The position numbers and the translations under genes were made by a program. Shown one piece after another: positions 55,548 through 64,000 of a stretch of 64,000 nucleotides of DNA. Numbering within the stretch: the stretch's first letter is position 1; every line of letters begins with the position of its first letter. The stretch covers positions 117,986,001 through 118,050,000 of the forward strand of contig OX597815.1 in NCBI GenBank assembly GCA_951406725.2. The letters run 5' to 3'. The stretch is from Octopus vulgaris (lineage: Eukaryota). Below the pieces are notes generated by a model that had not been told where the DNA came from, did no database searches, and was given only the letters and a program-made list of their open reading frames with translations.

Positions 55548-55790
55548 TGGCGCGTGGTCTAGTGGTTAGGCTGTTACACTCACGATCGCCCTGATTGGGT
55601 GGCGTGTTGTGTTCTTGAGCAAAACACTTCATTGCACATTGTTCCAGTCCCTCTTTGATCAGGGGGATTGTTAGCCTGTTCACCTAGCCAGCAGAGTGGC
55701 ATCATTTGAAAGGAAAAACAATGCAAAAGTGCATAGTCATCAGTGAAGTATAATAACATCTTATAGGCTGGTCGGTCACGTGATACGTAT
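55548..55790 (+). mobile_element. SINE family C-related copy
   Basis: gtggtctagtggttagg head; cgtgttgtgttcttgagcaaaacacttca box. Confidence 0.75.
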
Positions 55791-55815
55791 GTAAACATAT
55801 ACAACTCTTCTCTCT

Positions 55816-55868
<53 letters not shown>

Positions 55869-55960
55869 CGCAAACAACGTTGTTTGCATATTTAGCTCGT
55901 TTATTTTCGTATTTCATGTTGTTTAGAGTTGGTGACGTCCGGTACCTATATATGCATATA

Positions 55961-56397
<437 letters not shown>

Positions 56398-56417
56398 CTA
56401 TGGTATTTTGATGAAAC

Positions 56418-56800
56418 TTGATACGTGAGTAGAACTCATGTCTGGAAACTTCATGACATACTTAGATTTTTGAAAAAATCGATAATACGGCCCCTGGAAT
56501 GGACCTTTATATCTACCTCATATATCTAATATTTTTAAACACTCAAGGAAAATACACTATTTCATTATTTATGTTCGATTACTTTGAATATTGATTTTTT
56601 TGTGTGTCCAATTTCTAATTTTTGCAGACAATATCACTTTTTTATTTTATTTGACTCGTGAGTTGAATTCATGTCTGAAAACCTCGTGACATACTTAGAT
56701 TGTTGTTGAAAAAATCGATAATAGGGCTCATCCAATGGGTCCTCCTATCTACTACATATTATTAATATTTTATTTAAACAACCCAAGGGAAATAACCCAT
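56418..56800. repeat. two diverged direct repeats, period about 232 bp
   Basis: ttga..cgtgagt.gaa.tcatgtctg.aaac.tc.tgacatacttagatt..gaaaaaatcgataata at about 56418 and 56651. Confidence 0.85.
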
Positions 56801-57155
56801 ACCACCTGCAGTTTTTTAGCGAAGCGATCAATATTTGATTCTCACGATCAGTCGACCTAATTCTGCATTTCACTACTCACAGTGTTGAACTGCAAAACAT
56901 TATTATTGCACTTCCTTAACTTGAATCTCTTCATTCATATATTTCTATACATACATACTTTTTTGAATGCCCATTACTCTGATAATTGTGAATTTTTACA
57001 GTTATACTTTCTCCATGAGAGTAGATAAATTTTTTCCACAACGTATTTGTAGTGGCTTCATGCAGGCATAGCGTGGATTCGATCCTCGATTGCCAAATTT
57101 CACTTAACACTCAACAGCGCTTTTCTCAGAGTAAAACAATAGTTTTTCTGTTTAA

Positions 57156-57262
57156 CGACAACCTCTCTCGCCAACCTCTGAAAACCTCTCTCGACAACCT
57201 CCGACAACTTCTCTTGCCAACTTCCGACAACCTCTCTCGCTAACCTCCGACAATCTCTCCCT
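57156..57262. repeat. minisatellite, ~23-bp unit ccgacaacctctctcgccaacct, about 4.5 copies
   Basis: Direct reading. Confidence 0.85.
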
Positions 57263-57350
57263 CTTCCAGCTGACAGTTTTTGTACTTTTTCGTGACGGTG
57301 TAAATGAATTCGGTAGACAGAAACAGTACGGAAACCTTCTTACAAACCCT

Positions 57351-57426
<76 letters not shown>

Positions 57427-57536
57427 GTATGTATGAATGTATGTATGTATGTATGTATATATGTATATACACAAAGATTTTCACAGAAAATCTGATACTT
57501 GGACATCCTTGTTATTTATTTGTTATATATATATAA

Positions 57537-57726
57537 AGTTAATCCAAACAAGAAAACACAAAAAAACACAACAACGCGAGGACGTATAACAAATATAGTA
57601 TTATTGGACGCTCAGGAAAGAAGGAAAGAAGGAGGGTTTAACGTTTTGAGCGGAGCTCTTCGTCGGAAACATAGGAGAAGGAAAGATCCAGAGAAGGGAA
57701 GACAGAGGAAAAAAATCGCCAACGGT

Positions 57727-57779
<53 letters not shown>

Positions 57780-58423
57780 AAATGGGACAAGAACGCAAAA
57801 CATCCAGACACTTAGGTGAAACGGACAACAAAACATCCAGATAGACGATACAAAGAAAACAAGGACGGGTCATTCAAAGTTTTCTTTCCTCAGTCGAGTT
57901 CCAGATTACCTTTGCAATTTCGGCTAGTTATACTCGAGATTGCTCCAATCTGGCCAGCTCCAAGGAAAAACTAAGCTAAGAGCATTAGATTCCTTGGAAG
58001 AAAGCAGCGAATGTATACGAAAACAAGGACGGAAAAACGGAGAAATTTACACAAATACAAATAACACGACATAACAACAGGTGTCTTTCGATTAAGGACG
58101 AATTAAATTAAGCTGGCGTGTGCGGAGTAAAGCCTTGCGGCAGAGATACAAGTTTTCATAGACACAGGAAGGAATATAGATGTTGCACGGACGACGGCCG
58201 AACCGAGAAAGAAAGGTCAGGCTTGGCCGAACACCGATTACGTGGAGAGAGAAGAGAGAGAGTCAGAGGTTGAGGGACGGAAGAAATTAGGAGGGGCAAG
58301 AAAAAATGACAAGGACATGGTGAAGTGAAAAGAGGTGGAAAATGAGCATGAAGAGAAGGCAAGGAAATGTGAGCGAGGGGGAACGAAAGAACGAAATAAG
58401 CGTGAAGGGGCTGATATATAATT

Positions 58424-58464
<41 letters not shown>

Positions 58465-58790
58465 TGTATGGGTACAAGACGTCACCAACTGTGCAAACAA
58501 CGTAAATAAATACGTAAACATACGAGTTAAATAAGTAAACAACGAAAGAAAAATTGGAAAACAGGACGAGCAAACACGAAGAAAGGACCCCTCGTCAATT
58601 GTCGGCTGTCTATCTACTCCTCATTTCGAGCATTCAAAGACAATATGAGTCTTCCAAGACAGCTGGTCCCATAAATTCTAAAATAAAATTTAGGTTTTAT
58701 GGAGGGTCAAAGTTGGGAACAAAAATAATACAGTGGAGACATACAAGGAAAACGAACGAAAACAGACATGGAGGGTCGTTAGACCAGATC
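57537..58790 (-). mobile_element. cluster of (TA)n-separated non-coding repeats, probably Penelope-derived
   Basis: Three purine-rich blocks separated by (CA)/(TA) runs; hammerhead-like motif at 57636-57670; similarity of 58585-58630 to 21020-21070. Confidence 0.5.
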
Positions 58791-58800
58791 ATATATATAC

Positions 58801-58845
<45 letters not shown>

Positions 58846-58999
58846 ACTCCTTAAGGTTATTTTTTAGTATCAAAGGATCGCATGAGAGCGTTTATTCTAA
58901 TTTAGAAGAAAAGAGATTTTAGCAGTCCAAGAACACTAAGTAGCAAGTGTGATTTCCGTAAACTTGTCAATGTATCATCAAATGCATTTTTTAGATATA

Positions 59000-59215
59000 T
59001 TCTTTCTAAATTTGTTACAAGGACAGTAATTTTGGAGGCGGAGGTTAGTCGATTACATCGACCCCCAGTACTTGTCTGGTATTTTTTTTTTTGACCCTGA
59101 AAGGACGAAAGATAAAGTTGACGCCGGCGGAATTTGAACGGACAACGTAGAGAGCTTGAAGAAATACTGCAAAGCATTTTGTCCGTCGCGCTAACGACTC
59201 TGCCATCTCACTGCT
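59000..59215 (-). mobile_element. SINE family B, diverged
   Basis: tagtcgattacatcgacccccagtac..ggcggaatttgaac..gctaacgactctgcca. Confidence 0.8.
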
Positions 59216-59256
59216 TTAATTCTTTTTTAAGTATATTACGTTTTAAAAAATAGACA

Positions 59257-59610
59257 CAGTAATCCCTCGCCATATTGCGGTTCACCTATCGCGGTTCACC
59301 TATCGTGGTTCACCTATCGCGGTTCATTATTTAAGCTTACGTCGATTCCTCTGCGGTGTTGTTTTGCATTTATAATAAAATTATACACAATTCTGTTGTG
59401 TCTGGGGAGAGTCATTTTCTTTTTGTGCCTTGTGATTTAACACACTCACCGGTAAAATTTCCACTTATTTCTTATTTTTATTTTCCTAAGATTTTCGTTG
59501 CGTCTTGCAACCTTTAAAAATTAATATACAGTACTGTTTCTACTTCGCGGATTTTCACCTATCGCGGTGGGGTTTGAAACGCAACACCCGCGATAGTCAA
59601 GGGATTACTA
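59257..59610. mobile_element. Tigger/pogo-type MITE with 14-bp subterminal tandem repeats and a nested insert (about 59389-59515)
   Basis: TIRs cagtaatccctcg.catattgcgg / ccgcgatagtcaagggattact; (gcggttcacctatc) repeated about 3.5 times. Confidence 0.82.
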
Positions 59611-59831
59611 TATTTTCTTTCTAGTTATGGAACCCAATTAAACATATATTACTGGCTGCTGCTGCTGCTGCTGCTGTTGCTGTTGTATTATTCTTCATAT
59701 TTGATCCCAGGTCAACTCTGAGCCAATAGACCTATGACATATGACCAGGCATTCTAACCATGACCATCATGCCTTTTTCCTACGTACAGGGAACGTTTTA
59801 ATGTTTTTGTATAAGACTACAAGGTATTTTA

Positions 59832-60066
59832 AGGCGGCGAGCTGGCAGAAACGTTAGCACGCCGGGCGAAATGCTTAGCGGTATTTCGTCTGCCGCTACG
59901 TTCTGAGTTCAAATTCCGCCGAGGTCGACCTTGCCTTTTATCCTTTCGGGGTCGATTAAATAAGTGCCAGTTATGCACTGGGGTCAATATAATCGACTTA
60001 ATCCGTTTGTCTGTCCTTGTTTGTCCTCTCAGTGTTTAGCCCCTTGTGGGTAGTAAAGAAATAGGT
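59832..60066 (+). mobile_element. SINE family B, young full-length copy, tail type 'agccccttgtgggtagtaaagaaata'
   Basis: Clear A box tggcagaaacg, B box gagttcaaattcc, Nin/Deu-like box; nearly identical to 39437-39607. Confidence 0.93.
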
Positions 60067-60469
60067 ATGATAAGATACGTTTAGCAAGTCAAGCTATTAC
60101 ATAGGAAGGTTCCCTTGAGAAATAGATTTTCTTTAGAATTTTGACCCCTAATAAAGCTGTCTATATTATAAACGCTATTATCTTCCCTCAGCAGAAATAC
60201 ATTTCAATATTTAGAATTTGTTCAACTACCTACATTCGTTGGAACCTCTAAATTAAAACAGCACTTTGCACTATGTTTTTTGTTTGTTTTTCTTTCTTGC
60301 TTTTTTTTCACTTCCCTCTTTATATTCAGCTAATAGAATGTTGACATTTCATATTCTATGTGGTTTATAATGTCGTTTGTTATTAATTAAGATGGAGATT
60401 TTGTCACTGAAAAATCGATAAGATCAAGTTAGGTCTTGAAAGGAAAAATACATATAACCTCTACCCCGC

Positions 60470-60524
<55 letters not shown>

Positions 60525-60592
60525 CTCCCTCCTCTTCCCCCATGTCTCTCCCTGTATTTCAAATATATTCGCATATATTCACTAGCATGAAA

Positions 60593-60670
60593 CTAGTCGC
60601 TTTCAAAGGATTATTCGCTAACGTAGAGTTAGCGAATATTCAAAGGAATATTAGCTAACGTATAGTGAAA
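60593..60670 (-). mobile_element. candidate Helitron 3' terminus
   Basis: Perfect 11-bp stem tattcgctaac/gttagcgaata (60612-60638), about 15 nt before CTAG|T on the minus strand. Confidence 0.4.
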
Positions 60671-61238
60671 TAAAATTCAACAAATTTTCTATAGTTAATA
60701 TTTTAAAAGGTTTTGAAAATATATAATTTTTCACAAAACAAATTATCCAAATAAAAATTATCAGAATTTATTTTTATATTAGCTAAAATGATTAGTATGA
60801 TGCTGGTGATAATTCTTTATTCTCCCGGTTTAAATATTTTTTATTCAATCTTTTTTTTTTTCCATATGTGTTTGTTATCGGGTTTGTTGTTCTTTTCTTT
60901 TTTGTATTGCAAAGCATATACACAAACGAATACACATTACTTTTATTGTCACTGAAACACACTTCAATACATATAGGTATACACTGACACTAAATCTTTC
61001 TTCTAATAACATTACTTCCTTTTGAGCATGCGCACTGCTATTCACTCTCAAACTAACATTCGAGATCAAAGTGAATGCGGACTACAAAAAGTATGAATGT
61101 GAATGGTAAAAATAAATATATAGCAAGAAAAACAGCAATTTTATTAAAACCGAAGAAAAAAACCTGCAAAAAACACGCGTATACATACACACACTCACTC
61201 ACACACACACGCAAAAACACACACACACACACACACAC

Positions 61239-61308
<70 letters not shown>

Positions 61309-61742
61309 GAAGTTAATTCATTTATTATTTCTTTCGTAGTCCTAGTTGTAAGATATAAACCATTTCCTGTAAAAGAAATGCAGCTTTTAGTCTAATTAGA
61401 ACAAATAAACGTTCTTACATTCTCGATTATTGCTTTAAAATAAAAATAAAAGTATCACATTCTAATGATATTAGTATTGGGAGAAAAGAGATTTAATTGG
61501 AGAAAATTGTTTCCATTGATTTATACTAAAGTTATAACGTATCGTGTATATCTAGGGAGACTTACACCTATTCACGTAGCAGCATTTTTCAATACTTTTT
61601 TTTTTCTTTCAACCACCCACCATCTCTTTACACTAAATTTAGAAAATGCTTACAATCAGCATGCATGCATTCTACATTTAGAATGTATGGATTCAATATA
61701 TACGCATTCTGAATTAAGTATAAAAGATCACACACACACACA

Positions 61743-61775
<33 letters not shown>

Positions 61776-61950
61776 GTATATATGTAGTAGAATTACAAAT
61801 AGAAAGTCCTTGGTACAGTATTATATATTTAAACAAAATGAACAGAAATGGCTTTTCTGATAATTTTTTCCACTTTATTAATTGGATGTTTATAAATCAT
61901 TAGGTGCTATATACATACATAAAAACACACATACACATATATACATACAG

Positions 61951-62036
<86 letters not shown>

Positions 62037-62059
62037 CTCAACATGTGCAACCCTTGATC

Positions 62060-62248
62060 AAGACATTTTCCCTCCGTTTATCTTTTCCTTTCTCCATCTG
62101 TTTTCTTCCACCATTCCTATTTGTAAAAGAGCGTAGGCTCGAAACGTCAAAGACTCTTCCATTTTTTCTGAGCGCCAAACTAACATACCTTGTTTGTTGT
62201 TCCCTCACCTGTTTCCGTCTTTTGTTTTCTTCTTTGTACTATTTTGAA

Positions 62249-62292
<44 letters not shown>

Positions 62293-62450
62293 CAAATTTA
62301 CAGAAAACAAACGACAAAGACAGGCGTAGGAACAACAAGAAGGTGTATTAGTTTAACGCTCGGGAAGAATGGAAAAGCCTTTTACGTTTCGAGCCTATGC
62401 TCTTCGACAGAAAGGATTAAGAGGAAAAACACGGAGAAAGACAAAAGTAT
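62060..62450. mobile_element. inverted pair of family H Penelope-like elements flanking (TA)n
   Basis: Plus copy about 62060-62248, (TA)n at 62251-62289, minus copy about 62290-62450; both carry GAGC..GCTCGAAACGT. Confidence 0.75.
62378..62415 (-). ncRNA. minimal type-I hammerhead-like motif, A6U core variant
   Basis: ccttt-CTGTCGA-A-GAGC atag GCTC-GAAA-CG-TA-aaagg: 5-bp stem I, 4-bp stem II, palindromic ACGT at stem III. Confidence 0.6.
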
Positions 62451-62461
62451 AGAGTTCAAAT

Positions 62462-62498
<37 letters not shown>

Positions 62499-62618
62499 GA
62501 CATGTACACCCAATCCCTCACACACACATGTGATATACATACATACATACATACATACATACATACATACATACATACATACATACATACATACATACAT
62601 ACATACATACATACATAC

Positions 62619-63332
62619 AGCAATCTTAACTGGAGTGTGCACATCAGCAAGAAAGTCTATGTTGCCCGCAGAATGTGCTCATGGGTCCTCAGAACTTTTC
62701 AACCTAGGGATCATGAAACCATCATCCTTCTCTTCTGCACATTCACTAGGCCCCGCCTCGAATACTGCTGCCCATTGTGGTTCCGCTACAAAGATGATCG
62801 AAGCGCCATAAAGATGAATCACTAAAAAAAAATAAATGGCATGACGGGACTTGATTATTGGGCTCGACTTAAACAACTGACTGCAACGCTGCCGTGAGCG
62901 ATACATTATTTGTACTATATGGAAAACATTCCACCAATATTACCCAAATGATATCGGTATTATGTTTACAATTCACCTATGACTAGGCCCCCGTGCAATG
63001 CATCCCTTACAAACGTCGAGATCACGTTACATAAGAACGTTGCGGCACAATTTCTTTACTGCAAATGGTCCTGCTCTTTTTCAATGTTATCCCGAAAGAA
63101 ATTAAGGTAGAAAAAGACCCCACAACTTTCAAACGGTACCTGGACAAATTCCTCCAGGAAATACCGGACAAACTTCCTACACCTGGATACGTTTCAGCCA
63201 ACGACAACACTTTGCTTGAGTAGTCCATGGTGTCCCGAAATAATTAATTAAAATACTTTTCCAGGTGGTGCTACTGAGTTAGTCATGGCCTGGACCAAAA
63301 ATGGCCGAAACCAATCTAAGTTATCTAAGTTA
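62619..63332 (+). mobile_element. CR1-group LINE 3' fragment with repeat tail (atctaagtt)2
   Basis: SNLNWSVHI..WVLRTF..RPRLEYCCPLW..GLDYWARLKQL..LQRCRERYII..GPALFNVIPKEI..FKRYLDKFLQEIPD. Confidence 0.9.
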
Positions 63333-63581
63333 TATAAAAGAAGAAAAGGAAATGGAGATTAGGAAGTTAATAATTGTTTATTCTTAACAACAAATCGATC
63401 ATCTTCGTTTCTTACAGCCGTTTGAATTAATAGTCAATAATTTAATTACAAATTTGTACATAAAATTTACATTTATGTGACATGAGTATAATTTCATTTG
63501 AGAAAAAAAGATGTACCTTTGGATGTTATATGTGGGATGCAGCCACCCCTTCACGAAGTTAACGTATCCTCTAATTAAATT

Positions 63582-63643
<62 letters not shown>

Positions 63644-64000
63644 CGTGTAAATGAAGTCACTCCAAGTGATGATATTTAGAATGCACTTATTACGTAGGTT
63701 TAACGTAATTGCGTAATCTTCCTCGGTTAAGATATATCAAAATATGAAAAAATTGATAGAATTCGCTCTTTATATATGCTCAGGGCTGTTTAAAATCTCC
63801 TGCTCGATGAAGAGATGACGTAGTCAGAATAGATATACTTCCAATAGAGAGGAATATATAAATTTGCGCACGCGTGTGTGTGTGCGTGTGTGCGTGTGTG
63901 TGAAATGTGTGTCTTTGTGGGTGGAAAGAGAGAATGAAAGGAAAAGAAAGAGAGAGAAAGAATTGCGAATTTGAAATCTATTCAGTGGAACAACGGCTGA

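Noticed and set aside
57156-59328. Short regular repeats (23-bp and 14-bp units) as a possible CRISPR array
   Set aside because: The units are contiguous with no unique spacers, there are no cas genes, and the context is eukaryotic.

Overview
AT-rich eukaryotic DNA, intergenic or deep intronic, saturated with microsatellites and transposable-element relics. The SINE families and repeat landscape resemble an octopod/coleoid cephalopod genome (inference from recalled repeat families, not a database result). I find no credible host protein-coding exon, rRNA, true tRNA gene or CRISPR; most ORFs in the track are microsatellite translations. Retroelements: RLE-type LINEs (Dong/R4-like) stacked in (AAT)n tracts, a Tx1/L1-like LINE 3' end, RTE and CR1-group fragments, and about 30 tRNA-derived SINE copies from at least four families. 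DNA elements: mariner, DD41D/rosa-like, Tigger/pogo, hAT MITEs and Helitrons. Main observations: (1) about 10 Penelope-type minimal hammerhead-like motifs with non-canonical cores, including a family with a shared A6U change; (2) SINE 3' tails matching LINE 3' ends in the same window, including an unusual SINE-Tx1/L1 match and a recurring GGTAT(TT) junction; (3) two Dong copies sharing a PD-to-PV change in the endonuclease motif, with a 3'UTR hairpin showing a compensatory pair and an inverted loop; (4) element families sorted by microsatellite type; (5) several long fold-backs. All coordinates and alignments were read by eye, so edges of degenerate elements are approximate.
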